Notes: generated from the sequence alone by a model not told the origin. Positions 1-13,199 are shown, counted from the stretch's first letter. The stretch: 64,000 bases of DNA from Eukaryota sp. TZLM1-RC (GCA_040285825.1 JAUPSS010000002.1:3720001-3784000); one strand, 5' to 3'. Program-made: numbers and translations.

Positions 1-631
1 CGAAAGCTCAACGTCTGAATCAACCTACATCAACAACATTCAATCCAAATTTGCCAGATTGAAGAAGAAACAGGAGGAAGCAGAGCTCCGTCAAGCTTCC
101 AAGGCTCCTCCTCGTGATTCCCAAATCGAAGCCAACCCTTTCTCTCCTGGCCAATTGGTAAAACGAGCTTCGTCTTCCACTGCTAAGTTACATGGTAACT
201 ACAAAGGACCATTCTTAGTTATCGACACACCCTCTACCTCCACAGCTGACATCAAGAACCTGTGTACTGGTATGGTTGTTAAAGCCAGTGTGAAGCACCT
301 CCAACCTTGGCATTCCAGTTTACCAGTAGATGATGAATTTCACTCCTGGGTTGCTGCTGGCGATGCAGAAGAGCACGTGATCCAGAAAGTCCTCAGTCAG
401 GATGGTGATTACTGTCAAGTCCAATGGCCTGGCAATCATATTACCACTGAGCTGGTTTCGACTGTTCAAAACACCTCTGCCTATAAAGAATTCTCCAAGT
501 CTGTTTCTAATACTCGCTCTCGTCCTTCACGCCGTAAACGTCGTTCTGTTAATATTAACAATAATGTTAATCCAACTCCTATCAGGCCTCGACGCTCGAA
601 AAGAAGAAAGGGCAGTGTTAGCCTTGGATAA
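1..631 (+). mobile_element. 3' end of a Ty3/Gypsy (chromovirus-like) pol ORF: integrase C-terminal GPY/F region plus chromodomain, with polypurine tract and probable start of the 3' LTR
   Basis: Frame is open from position 2. Motifs FSPGQLV..KLHGNYKGPFLVI..SVKHLQPW (integrase GPY/F, SH3-like) and EEHVIQKVL..QVQWPG..TTE (chromodomain). Purine run AAAAGAAGAAAGGG at about 599-612 is followed by TG at 616. Confidence 0.8.
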
Positions 632-769
632 TATTTATAATAGTTTATTTATAGTTTACTAATAGTATTTGTATTTATTGCGCCTATGCGCTTAAGTTTA
701 GGGAAATCCTTATTTCCCTGTAATAAATTACATTTAAGGTATACTCAATGTCTAACCCCCACAGATCAT

Positions 770-1020
770 CAAAAGTTGCTATCCTTGTACGCTGAATCAC
801 ATACTCACTAAGTCCGTTGTCCATTTGCTTTTCCCTACATGGCACGCTTACACCGCTTACTTTGTCTTTTTTGGATGATTTTGTTGAAATTGTGAAACAA
901 TATACAATAAGAATTTGTTGACAAAATGTTTTGGCAGAACAGAATTGTGTTTTCAATTTTCAAGTCTTGTCCCCATATTATCTTTTGCATTACTATTACT
1001 TGATGAACAAGTTTTTGCTG
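770..1020 (+). mobile_element. Degraded 3' fragment of RLE non-LTR retrotransposon family D
   Basis: Near match to 10105-10385 (CPFAxSLHG..FLDDFVEIVK..FWQNRIVFSIF). Confidence 0.7.
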
Positions 1021-1131
1021 GCTCAGAACCAACAACTTATTTTCAATTATAGGATTGTATTTTGATAAATTTTCACACAATTTAAAACTGCCAAAAATTC
1101 CTCCCACATCCACTTAACAACAACATCTTGA

Positions 1132-1662
1132 ATGTTTGGATCCCTTTCCCAAAGAACTCCTGTACGTCGCTCTACTACACAGACTATTGGCTACCTTCGC
1201 CTTCAGAAAGATGTTGGTGAATTAGACCAACTGGATTGTAAGGATGTTACTTGGGATTGGCCGGATGCCAAGAACAAACCCATGGAGTTCAATGTCACTA
1301 TTTCTCCTCGCAACGGTATCTTCGCTGGTGGAGTCTTTCCCTTCTCCTTCAAAGTTTCAAGCGACTATCCCCACAAAGCACCTGAAGTTCGTTGTTTGCG
1401 GAAGATTTACCATCCCAATATTGACTTGGAAGGTCACGTCTGTCTCAACATCTTGCGTGAGGATTACAGACCAGTGTTAACCATAACCTCTATCATCCAT
1501 GGACTACGTTTCCTCTTCACTGAACCCAATCCCAACGACCCCCTCAATAGGGATGCTGCTGAGGATATGGTGCGCAGTATGGACTCGTTTAAGAACAATG
1601 TTAAACGTTCCATGCGTGGGGAGAGAGTTGGTAACGAGCGTTTTGATAGAGTTTTGCAGTAA
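1132..1662 (+). CDS. UBC12: NEDD8-conjugating E2 enzyme Ubc12/UBE2M
   Basis: LRLQKD, YPHKAPEVRC, IYHPNIDLEGHVCLNILRED (catalytic Cys), EPNPNDPLNRDAA; basic N-terminal extension typical of Ubc12. Confidence 0.9.
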   Translation: MFGSLSQRTPVRRSTTQTIGYLRLQKDVGELDQLDCKDVTWDWPDAKNKPMEFNVTISPRNGIFAGGVFPFSFKVSSDYPHKAPEVRCLRKIYHPNIDLEGHVCLNILREDYRPVLTITSIIHGLRFLFTEPNPNDPLNRDAAEDMVRSMDSFKNNVKRSMRGERVGNERFDRVLQ

Positions 1663-1850
1663 AGTTTATGTAATTTTTAGGTTTTGATCGGTGTTTCTTG
1701 TGTTTTGTAGCTATTGGCAGCAGGTAGTAGTAAACTATCTTTTCCAGTTTCAATGTTCTGTTTCTAACCCATATTCCCTTTTACACTCAGTGCATCCTTG
1801 TTGTTTATGAGGTTTTGATTTATCAGAAGAGTAATTTGCTAGGTATTATT

Positions 1851-4800
1851 TTTTTAAAAAAAACTGGAATATTTATTGAGATAAAAAAACCCATCTAGAA
1901 ATCAATATCCTCCAAACAAGCGTCACTATTACTGAACCTACTCACAGCATTACGTTCATATTCTACACCAATAGCTAAAAGTGCCTTTGAAATCATTGTA
2001 GGAATAGACTTGAAAATGCAAAAAACAATTCTATTTAACCAGAAAGTGGAGTTCATTGTTTTACCAGACCTATTCAGTAACACTTTTTTAAAATTTTCCA
2101 AAAAGTGCAACCCTGAAGGTCCAATATTGCCAAAAAGAGAAATTGCAAACGGCACAAACTGATATTTCACATGTTCCACTCTACCTAACTGTGCCAAAGG
2201 TTCTTCATATTTTTTTATCTTCTTTGTTTCGGCGTTAGATAACGGCGAATCAGCGGAATACACTAAACGAGCAGCAGAATTTTTGCAAACATCAACTGAG
2301 ACAACATCTACAACATTGAGAACACCATCGATCCCTGGAGCTACTAAATCTGCCCTTCTTTTTCCAAAGGAATCATCAGTTTGATCTGAAGACAGCTTAC
2401 GTACTAGTGGCTCAATAAATGCCTCTATATTGAAACTTTTGCACATGGCATATAATTGATCACGAACTGAGTCATGAACAATTGAGCGATAAGTTATAAA
2501 ATACTTACAGTTTAAAATATGGGAAAGCGTAACAACACTCTTGCAGCGACAAATTAAATCATTTGGTAATGAACAAGGCCATAGAAAACATCTCATTCTC
2601 ATTGCAGTGGTCCATTGGTGATCATTAAGTAGAAGGCCATAAATGTTGGGAATTTGGGAGATTAGGCAACTTGAGCAACTGTCTTCAAGATCAATCAAAA
2701 AGTTTGCAAAAACGGGATTTTTTTCCTTAGCCAAGCTAAGACGTACAATATAATCCAAGTTTTCTAAAACTTTCAAGATTTTTTTCTGCAATTTTGCAAA
2801 AGTCAGTGGTAAAAAGAGCAAGCTTCTTGAAAGAAGTTCCACAATATCAGAGGGGAAACATTTAGCCCAAATATTGGGTGAAAGAGTTTCAATTTCCTGT
2901 TGCAATGAAATAAGATAAGAGCTACCGCAATTTTCAATGAGATGAATTTTTTCAGGAAAACGATTCACAAATTCAAAAATAAAATTCTTTCCACCTCCAA
3001 TAAAGGCAGCTTTACAAAGGTAGCTTGATTTATGAAAATCAACACCGCCAAAATTTGTACCACAAAAAATGTGGTAATTGAGATGCATCAATTTCCAATA
3101 ATTTTGCTAAAAAATTGGTTTTTTGTTCATTAAAAATGCGACAAAACTCCAAAGAAATTGATGGTGATGTTGATCTCAAAATATGAGTAAATTTTCCAGA
3201 ATAACAGATTTTTAGGAAAAAGAATTTCAAATATTTCTCAATATTTATATTTTCTATTGATTCTAATTCATTTCCAAATTGAGTCAACAGAGTCGAAAGT
3301 TGGCCTTTGACTTCATCAATATTTCCGAGATAACAACCCAAAAAACGAAAACCAGACTGATCATAATTGATAAAGGGGACATTGACATCATTAATGAAAT
3401 AATCAATTGGTTCATGGCCAATAATCAAACATTTGGAGATATTCAATGAGAGACCAATATTTTCATAACGCTGTTGAATAAAAGTTGCTATTTGTTTCAG
3501 AATTGTAATAGGAGCAATTACAGAAATGTCATCCATATATGCCACAATATCTATTTCTGGGAATTTTTCTTTCAATTCGCACAATAATGGATGAATTGCC
3601 AGACAAAAGAAAAAAGGACCAAGTGGATCACCTTGTTTTACACCTGAAGACGAAAGCAGGTCAAAGTTTTCATAGACCAATGTGGATGATTTTCCATAAA
3701 ATGAATAGAAAAAAGGCTGCACTTCAGGAAAATGCTTTCGCAGCAAAGGTAAAATGGAAGAACGAGATACAGAATTGAAAGCATTCTTAAAATCTAAATT
3801 GAATATGTAATTAGAATCACTAGAATTAAAAAACACATCCGACGAAAGAGCAGCAGCAGAAGCACCATCAATTGTCTTGATTCCAAATTGAAATGGACTG
3901 AAAAATTCCTTGGCTTTTTTCCCAATTCTATTGAAAACAAGAGACGCAAGAATTCTTGAAAACGATTCTCCAATTGCAATTGGACGGATTTTGGATTGAC
4001 TTTTTTTGAGAGCAATTAAGCGAGCACTGGTCATCTCAAAAGGGACTTTAATTTTTAACGTAAGAAGATTGTTGAAAAAAAGAACAAGATCATCAGCAAT
4101 TTCAGGACACTGTTCAACAGCTGATTTGATCATGTCAAAATTCAACAAAGATGGCCCAGGAGCTTTTCCAGTAGGCATTTGCTGAATCAGTTTCAATACC
4201 TCTGAAGCATTGATAGGATTTTTCAGCCAATAATCAACTGAATCTGGTTTAGTACAATGAAAATTTTCTTCTGGATGAAGATGATTCAATTGGAACAATG
4301 TGCTTTCATTACATTCAGCTAAATCAGAAGAGAATAGACATTGTTTTGCAGATCCAAAACGTCCTTTTAAAGCTAATTTTCTCACTAATTTTTCTTTCGA
4401 AAAAACAATTTTTTTTAAATTTGATTTTTTCGATAAAAGTTTTTTATCTTTTTTTCAGAAAAAATTTCCAAATAGGCGTAACATCCCATAATCCTTTACG
4501 GAGATTTTCAGTAAAAGCACGAAGAACAACAGCAAAAGGTATCGAAGCCAACGGACTAAGCTGAGCAGGAACACGAATGGGACAACGTAGCTGATCGGCA
4601 GCAACACAAGAATCACAAAAAAGTAAAGGTCGACCAGAATCATTGACAGCAACAAGCATTCGACAAAAAACACATTTTTTTTTCATCTTTTTGATCTTCT
4701 TTGTTAGAAGAGTTATCGGGAATCTCGCTTAAAAATTCATTTTCAGGATTGTGTGATAACGAAAAATTTAAGTCAGCAGTTGCAGCACGAGCATTAAGTT

Positions 4801-5116
4801 TTTCCTTTTGAATAAGCGGACAGGTTGCAATGTTATGTCCGGATTTTCGACATTTACTACATTTGCGGCGTGGTTTAGAACAATTTTCATTTAAATTTTT
4901 TTCCAATGACTTTCCAGCACGGAGTGACAGGTGGGGAGAATGAGAACGATTGGTGGTTGAGGAGGTTGGTTTGTCAACATCACGTTCGGTACTTTTTGCA
5001 GTCCAGTCAGTATCAATGAGAGTGTCTGACATGGAGACTGGAGGAATTCAATCGAACCGACAATTGGTCGTCAAGTTGAGAAAAAGGAGGACGTTGAAAG
5101 TGAGTGGGAAAAAAAA
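1851..5116 (-). mobile_element. Full-length CRE-clade-like non-LTR retrotransposon, family A1 (zinc knuckle, RT, CCHC, restriction-like endonuclease), frameshifted
   Basis: ORF pieces 5032-4640 (CSKCRKSGHNIATC), 4686-4444 (CxxC..CxxC), 4385-3039 (GKAPGPS, RPIAIGE, LDFKNAFN, GVKQGDPLGP, YMDD) and 3091-1895 (CRCx7HxxxC, HD, RAD..D, KKIKKY). Short poly(A) tail. 11-bp TSD TAGGTATTATT at 1840-1850 and 5127-5137. Confidence 0.95.
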
Positions 5117-5704
5117 TTATTATTATTAGGTATTATTGGGAAACTTGGACTAACTATAAATTTCATTTTTTTGGACCTTGTGAAATTAATAACTTTAATT
5201 CTGAGTTATTTTTGCAAGACATTCTAATATGACACAATGATAGTTTTCATATTTTAGAAGGCACATTGTTTTTAAGAAGTGTTTCTCTAGTTGTGATGAG
5301 AAAATCTTGTATGTTTCCCAATAATGCCTTCATAACAGGACATGCAAAGTTCAATTCAGATCAAGCCAAATTTAAAATCTCAACTAAACTGATATACGAA
5401 GAGATGAGTCGAACATAATGCTATTCAGAACAATATAAACGAATTTTTCAAAAGAATTTTCTATTTTTGCCGAGAGAATTATTTGGATAGTCCAAGGCAA
5501 CAAAATTTCAAAATAAGTCGTTGATGAAGCGTAGTATAAACATTTCCCTAAAAATGAAATGAAGGAGACAAGAGGTAATCTCCTTGTTGACATTCTGAAA
5601 ATATACTATGTACCAGAAAAAGCCACCAACACAAACAGCTTTGCCTTTTATTTTGGTTTCAAATAGTTGTGTTGATTTAATGTCATTTAATAATACTAAA
5701 TATT

Positions 5705-5905
5705 AATGAAAAGATTTGATATCTTTTTATGGCACTCTCGAATTCAATTTGCCATTATTAATGGATTACCTCGGTTGTTCATACGAATTAGAGGAGCTTT
5801 AGCTAGACAGCAAGCATATCACGATTTTGTAGAGGAAATTTTGGTTCAATGAATTTCGTCCCATTAGTTATGATTTTGTTTTGCCAAGTGTGAAAGTTTA
5901 ATAAA
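5705..5905 (+). mobile_element. 3' fragment of RLE retrotransposon family C
   Basis: Matches 61977-62180 (encodes ..ALARQ..DFVEEILVQ* plus 3' UTR). Confidence 0.8.
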
Positions 5906-6220
5906 AGTTAAATTTGTAAACTCAATATCTGTGTTTTGTGTGGGTTTTGTTAAAATCTTTTTGAGTTCAATCATGACGATACTTTTGAACAAAATACTGT
6001 ACTGGTGGTAACTACTCAAAGTGGGGAGAAAGTTCACTTGTGCTGATGACACAAGAAGATTTACATAGACCTCGATATGGAACATTGTGAGAATTTTATC
6101 ACCAGTATGTTAAAGACAAATGGTGAAGATGGACCGATATTCCCACAAAGAGCCAATGTTGATGAAGATTCATGAAGATGTTTTCTTGTGGAGATAATTC
6201 ATTTCTGAAATTCCTTAAAC

Positions 6221-6923
6221 TTTTTTTATCAATTTTATTAAAAACCTATAATTTTTTAAAACAGGAATATTTATTGAGAATATTTATTATTTATACCTAT
6301 AAATCTACATCTAAAAAATCCATCTCTCCCAAAACAAAAACACTAGATGCAACTCTCTCTTAGAGAGATCCAAGAGAAAGCAAAGCAACAGAAACCATCT
6401 TCAACATCCCCTTAAAAATAGAAAACACAATTCTATTTTTCCAACACAATCTGTTGAAATTTCTGTTAGTTCTTCACCTTACAATCATTTCAAAATCTTC
6501 CAAAAAACGTATAGCCGTTGGAGCAAGGGAAACAAAAAGAGAAAATACAAATGGATACAAATTGTATTTTACATGCTGTGGACTGGACAATTTGGACAGA
6601 GGTTCATTGTATTTCTTGATTTTGAAATTTTCAGCATTTGAAAGAGGATTATTAATTTCAGAATTAACAAGCCTTTCATTAGAGGCATTACAAGGATCAA
6701 CAGACATTACATCCAATAAAATGAAGGTTCCATCTAATCCAAATAATATGACATCACCTCTATTATTCTTATGAAAATCATCTTCACTATCAAACAGATT
6801 TGACAACAGAGGTTCCAAGAAAGATGCAATTCTATGAGACTTACACATACAATATAATTGGTCTCTTACAGCATCGTGAACCTTACTTCTAAAAGTAATA
6901 AAATGTTTACTATTTAACAAATG
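6221..6923 (-). mobile_element. 5'-truncated RLE retrotransposon family B containing a micro-insertion of the family A1 3' end
   Basis: RSKVHDAVRD..NRGDVI..LDVMSVD. Poly(A) at 6221-6227. 12-bp TSD AATTCCTTAAAC at 6209-6220 and 6924-6935. Confidence 0.9.
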
Positions 6924-7124
6924 AATTCCTTAAACCGCCAACAATCCCACCACCAAATTCTTCCCCGCCCCTACGACTTTCATTCTAGATTCAATCTATC
7001 TAGAGTCTACCAATAACTCTTCCTTTAACATTACCCAGTTGGATATCTCTAAGACCAAATCTCAAAACTAGCCATCTTCGAGAACCACTATCTTCATTCT
7101 GATTTTCTCCCATAGTGACTACTG

Positions 7125-7916
7125 ATGAATCTCCTAGAATGTGATCCTGATATTGATCCTGTTACCACATTGGTAGACATGACTCCCACGTCAATAACTA
7201 TTGGTACACTGCTACTTTTGGGAACTATTCTGTCCACTCTACCTCAACACTTCCGCATCATCAAGAAGCGTTCCTCACATGGTATTTCACCCTTCTTTCT
7301 CTTTTTGGCGAATGTTGGTCAATTTTCTGTGGCCTTGTCCTCTGTGATCTTTGGAATAACTCACCTGGAAGCCTGTAGTATAGTCGGCTTTTGGAAGTGT
7401 TATCCCACAATTCTAGCTATGCTCAATTTAGTAGGTCTTTTTGTTATTTATTTTCCCATAACAGTTCTTTTTTTAGTATTTTTTGATGGAAAAAGAAAAG
7501 AATTCAATCTTTCCGTTACTCTTCTTATAACGTTTTGCACATATGCAGCTAGTTTATTGTTTTTTTCTTTTTATTTATTTAAGAATTATGGTAAGTGTAA
7601 TATTTATTTATTAGAAATTGGCTCAATTGCTGGATTAATTAGTACTGGAATCAATATTCTCCAATTTGTTCCCCAAATAATTAAAACGTATAAATTAAAA
7701 AACGGGGGCTCTTTTTCATTAGCTATGCTGCTAATACAAGCTCCAGGGGCAGCCATTATGTTGTTTTTCCTTATAATATCAGGGGAGAACTTTTCTGTGT
7801 GGTTGAGCTATTTTACGTCGGCTTCCCAGCAATTAATTTTGTTGTCTTTGCTGATCAAATATAGAAAAAATTCAGCACACAAAGGTGATCCACCTTTGCT
7901 GACGTCAATACAGTAA
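7125..7916 (+). CDS. PQ-loop (cystinosin/PQLC2-like) 7-TM transporter
   Basis: Two PQ motifs (TLPQHFRIIKKRSSHGIS; FVPQIIKTYKLKNGGSFS) and about seven hydrophobic helices. Confidence 0.85.
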   Translation: MNLLECDPDIDPVTTLVDMTPTSITIGTLLLLGTILSTLPQHFRIIKKRSSHGISPFFLFLANVGQFSVALSSVIFGITHLEACSIVGFWKCYPTILAMLNLVGLFVIYFPITVLFLVFFDGKRKEFNLSVTLLITFCTYAASLLFFSFYLFKNYGKCNIYLLEIGSIAGLISTGINILQFVPQIIKTYKLKNGGSFSLAMLLIQAPGAAIMLFFLIISGENFSVWLSYFTSASQQLILLSLLIKYRKNSAHKGDPPLLTSIQ

Positions 7917-9209
7917 TAAATAAATAAAAGTAAGAAAAATATCAAATAGTTTTTATATACATTATAATTAATTCATAGAGGGATATGGATAAAAGCGCAT
8001 ACAACAGTTGGAACAACAAAGTGAGACCTTTTAAACCAAGTTTTCGTCTCAAAAACTTTTTCAGAATCTACTCTGTCGTCAATTCAGCTTTCCCTGCTCT
8101 CACAAAACAGCGGCTCTTCCTGGACAAAATACAGGAACATCACAAAACACATCCTTTCTTCTTCTCTAGATCATGTGGTAACATGAAACTTTTGCTCACA
8201 GCTTACTCATAGCTTCGTCACTCGATTTCTGCATTAAAAGGGATCATTATTTGAAAGATTGGGACTTGTCATTTTGTAAAACGACATTCAAACTCAGATT
8301 AGACCATGTGCGCGGTTTTAGATGTTGTTAGAGGGCTGGGTTTCGAAAATCAACATACAGAATACAAAACTAGAATTTAAACTAATGATCACGTGATAGG
8401 AAACGTGATACTTTCCAGATTAGGAAGGTCAGGTTTAGCCTAAGCTAACAAGAGATCAATTATTCTGTTTGTGTAGGTCCCATAGAAATATATATGGTGG
8501 AATTGCTGTTGTTAACTGTATTAATAGCCTCAATATCATTATCATCGTTATGTTTGCAATTGCCTAACTATAAGGTATCCATAGGATTTGTTTCCTCTGC
8601 ACCAAAGTGAATTATGTGTCTGTTCCAGGAATAAATTGCCTATTGTTATGAGAATGAGGTTAATTTTGAAAAATTGGTATTTTTAATTTTATTGCCTTTA
8701 GCTCAACCTCTCATATCGAAATGTTCTAATGATCATATTACTGGTGACAAGCAACCTTAAATGTGTTACTAATTCAGTAATGGAGAACCATTACCTTAAC
8801 TGTGCAAATAATAAAGCAAACTTGAAGAATGTGCAAGGTTTGTTTTACGTCCTGTGATTAGGAATTAATTGAATCATTAAAATTTTGTCCTTTAAAATAT
8901 TCATCTTCTGCTGCGAATGCTGATGAAAGTAAATGTCCAGGGGAATTTCTTCCTGTTCCTTCAATTGCTTGATAAACAACATGAGATTAAAATAGATAAT
9001 AATGGAATAGTCACTAGTAGAACCAAATTGATTCAGACCTGGGAACATTCATGAGATTATTTATCTAATGGTACAAGTGATAATAGAGCAACTGTTGCCG
9101 TTAGGCATTATGCTAGCTGTGTATGTATAGGTTAGTTAAGGCGGGTTAAGATAAAGATAATTTTATTTAATGTTATTCTATATACTTAGGTACTCACTAG
9201 TGAGATACC

Positions 9210-9770
9210 TACACAACCTGAAAATGATGATAATACTTTCGGGAAACACCGTGCTGATGTGATTACTTCTGAGTCTGATGGCGTGATCAAATTTGTTGAT
9301 GTTGTCACTGTTGATGTTTGTAAAGAATCAGCAATTGATTTTGCTAAACAAAGTTGAAGCTCCACTTTGCTTTGCTGAAAAGAGCAAAATATAAAAGTAC
9401 AATGAACCCCTTTCTCAGCTGGGGCGTGTTCAGCATGTAAAGTACCAACTGGTTTCATTTGCTGTTTCTCTTTTTGGTGACATTGGAATATCTGGTATTA
9501 AATTTCATGAAGGTTTCAGATGATTAAAAAGGAAAGAGTAGGAAAAGAGTTGAACTTTAATTTCTGGCACATCAGAATTGTTTTCAGTATACTTAAAGCA
9601 ATTCCCGAAATGATAACACATACATTGTTACAATTGGGAATATAGTACGAAAATCACGCACTCAAGAAATTTGATGATGTTGATGCGTGTATTGAGAATA
9701 TTGAGTTCTAGTTTTTTGTTTAATGTTTTGTTTGTGTTTCAAAATAAATAAATTTAATTCGAAAAAAAAA
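9210..9770 (+). mobile_element. Degraded 3' fragment of RLE retrotransposon family A2
   Basis: Homologous to the reverse complement of 39750-40285 (..DVDACIENIEF*); A-tail at 9763-9770. Confidence 0.85.
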
Positions 9771-9774
9771 CAAT

Positions 9775-10460
9775 ATCAAAGAAATTGTTTGTGGATCAAA
9801 AATTTCTCTAAATCATTTATTCAATTGTAAACATTTTATTACTTTCCGATCAAAAGTTCATGATGCGGTAAGAGATCAACTCTATTGTATGTCAAAATCA
9901 CATAGAATTGTTTCGTATTTAGAACCATTACTTTCGCGTTTGGTTGATGAAGATACTTTGAATTCATTTAGAGGTGATTTAATGCTTGAAGGCCTTGAAG
10001 GTACTACCATTATTACAGATGTGAGATCCACTGATGTATGTAATGATTCTTTTATTCCAATGGCTCAATCAAAATATAGGGAAAATCAAAATTGACAAAT
10101 ACAAAGCAAAATTGTTATCCTTGAATGCAGTATCGCATACTCATTATGTCCTCTGTCCATTTGCAGTTTCCCTTCATGGCACGCTTGGACCTCTTGCTTT
10201 GTCTTTTCTGGATGATTTTGTTGAAATTGTGAAAAAACGTACTGGAAAAGTTTTTGACAAGAGTTTTTGGCAGAACAGAATTGTATTTTCAATTTTCAAA
10301 GGTGTTGTTCCCTTATTATCTTCAGCTTTGTTATCTCTTGGACGCGTTTATGAAAGAAAAACCTCCAGTCAATTCTTCTTGGCCGACTTGGGTTATGAAG
10401 ACATAGAATTTTAACCTGGTCGTATTGTTTATTTTTTATTGGAATAAATAGAAAAAATTA
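9775..10460 (+). mobile_element. 5'-truncated RLE retrotransposon family D
   Basis: HLFNC..RSKVHDAVRD..RGDLML..ITDV..KIDKYK..CPFAVSLHG..ADLGYEDIEF*. Confidence 0.85.
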
Positions 10461-10535
10461 AGAAATTCTTTTGATGGAAAAATCATCATCTTTGTTCATT
10501 ATATTCTTCTTCCATTAATCCCAACTGATTGTTAG

Positions 10536-11180
<645 letters not shown>

Positions 11181-12232
11181 ATGTATAAATTATTTGGTTA
11201 TTGTTTGTTTTTATTTGATTTGTTGTTATTGATAATATATAATTTTGTGTTTGCGCTTTTTTATTAGGTTGGATGTAATAAAATAGTTTTTCAAATTTGA
11301 TTTAAACTTAATTTAAAAGAATTTTCATAATGTATATATAGTGCCAAACTTTTAATTAGTTTGATAGTTGTAACCTAGTGATGTTTGTAACTCAACAAGA
11401 AGGACACAGATCACAATGGATGTATGGAAATTAATCAATATATTAATAAATTTTAAACTATCAATATGTAAATTAATGATAATCATGTACAATTTCTATT
11501 TGGTAAAGCTAATCACTAAACCCAACACAATTAAATTAAAAAAAATTAAAAATTAAAATTAAAAACTTAAGTTAAAGTAATATAATGGATTAATGTACAA
11601 ATTAATTCATTGATAACCTCCGTAGTTGAATAGAATACTAGGTTGTGGTGAAGGTTGTCTTGATTTGTATGAGGCCTTTAGTTACTCTTTATGTTAACGT
11701 CTTGTCAACACATCACTTGAGTCAAAGGACGATGATTGAACCCAGCATTTATCGATAAACTCTTAATCTCGTTGTCCTATATCTACTGATCACTACTTGT
11801 CGAATTCTTCACCCTTTGTTGAGTCCAATTCTTTTATCTTATCAGCTACATCATTATTTTTTTGATGTCCATTCAGAATTAAATTCAGTTGTAATTGATG
11901 AGTAGTTTGAATTCAATCAAGATGATGATCCTTGCTCCAATCAAACATTGTTGAAAGTTGAACCTTCAAATGTAATTCACTAAAATTCAATACTGAAGTG
12001 TTTAAGCAAGGATAGTTGAAAAAATCATGCCACCTCAATAGCTGATATCTCCGCACGTCTGGTTTCAATATGGCTTATAATGAACTCAAATGTTTATAAT
12101 AAATGATTTATTTGGTCTAATCTTATTGCAAATTACAACACATTTTTGATTAAACAAAATAAATAGATAAAATGATGAATTAAAAGAAAAAATATTACAA
12201 TAATTAATTAATTATTAATAAATAATGATACA

Positions 12233-13123
12233 CTATTGATACAACAAATCGAGAAGATTCTTTGATAGCAAATGTAGTTCTTCATTCAGTTCTAAATAAT
12301 AATCACAAATATCATTCAAAGCATTCTCCAATTCACTAAACTGTGTTTCTCCTATTATATCAATTAAATTAAGATTAGTGGAATTATTTAAAAAACCATT
12401 TAATATTTCCAAAACACGCTGGAAGAAAACTTCCTGCTTTCCCACACAAATCCCTATATAGTATAAAGGTAAACAAGTTAAATAATGATCAATTCCAAAA
12501 CGACATGAGAAATAATATAAAGATTTAGCAAAATGTTGGCTCGATTTGGAAAGATTATTTTGATTGAAATAAAGGCGACCAAAAAGAAGGAAAATTCTTG
12601 ACCGGAGTTCGGTAATCACAATCGAGAATTGATTGCTTTCTGATGACTCTGGTGATTGATCAGTTTCCGTTTCCTGTTGCATTAAAATCCACGACGCCAA
12701 AGACAAATACTCTTTGGCGTAACCATACCTCTCCAACCCGATGGACGATTCTGCCAGCAAGAGATATGCAGGAACAAGATGTATGGAAGTCTGTCCGTGG
12801 AGAGAGACAGAGTGGTTGAGGGTGTGAAGAGAGGGTGGAATGGCGAAAGAATAGTTGTGGGAGCTGAGTAGTGTCATTGCTTCCCGCTTGCATGTTTCTA
12901 TGATTTCTGATCTTATGGTTTGGTCTGTGGGTGTTTGTTCAAGGGAGAAGAGATGGTTGCATACCAGGGAATGAATGCTCTGATGATCAAGGTCATAGTG
13001 TTCTTCTGAGCAATAGTATACGGCTTTGCAGATAGAGCAGTAAACACGGGCAGTTTTTCCGCAGAGCTCGCATCGTGGCTGTGAACCTTTGGGTATGGCA
13101 AGAGGATTTAAGAAGGCTGCCAT
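12233..13123 (-). CDS. ZMYND12: MYND zinc-finger/TPR protein, ZMYND12-like (flagellar)
   Basis: LNPLAIPKG..CELC..CSIC..YYCSEEH..IH..C N-terminus and LVPAYLLLAE..IGL..A..YLSLA.W helix repeats. First ATG at 13123. Confidence 0.8.
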   Translation of the reverse strand: MAAFLNPLAIPKGSQPRCELCGKTARVYCSICKAVYYCSEEHYDLDHQSIHSLVCNHLFSLEQTPTDQTIRSEIIETCKREAMTLLSSHNYSFAIPPSLHTLNHSVSLHGQTSIHLVPAYLLLAESSIGLERYGYAKEYLSLASWILMQQETETDQSPESSESNQFSIVITELRSRIFLLFGRLYFNQNNLSKSSQHFAKSLYYFSCRFGIDHYLTCLPLYYIGICVGKQEVFFQRVLEILNGFLNNSTNLNLIDIIGETQFSELENALNDICDYYLELNEELHLLSKNLLDLLYQ

Positions 13124-13199
13124 TGTCAACAGAAGCTGTTTAAAACAAGTAAAGGGCTATGAATTAATTTCTATCAAAACACATTTCTCGCTTTTGAAA

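Noticed and set aside
4440-4690. Programmed ribosomal frameshifting between the ORFs of A1
   Set aside because: The shifts fall in A/T homopolymers at positions that differ from the shift in A2, which fits indels in a single ORF.
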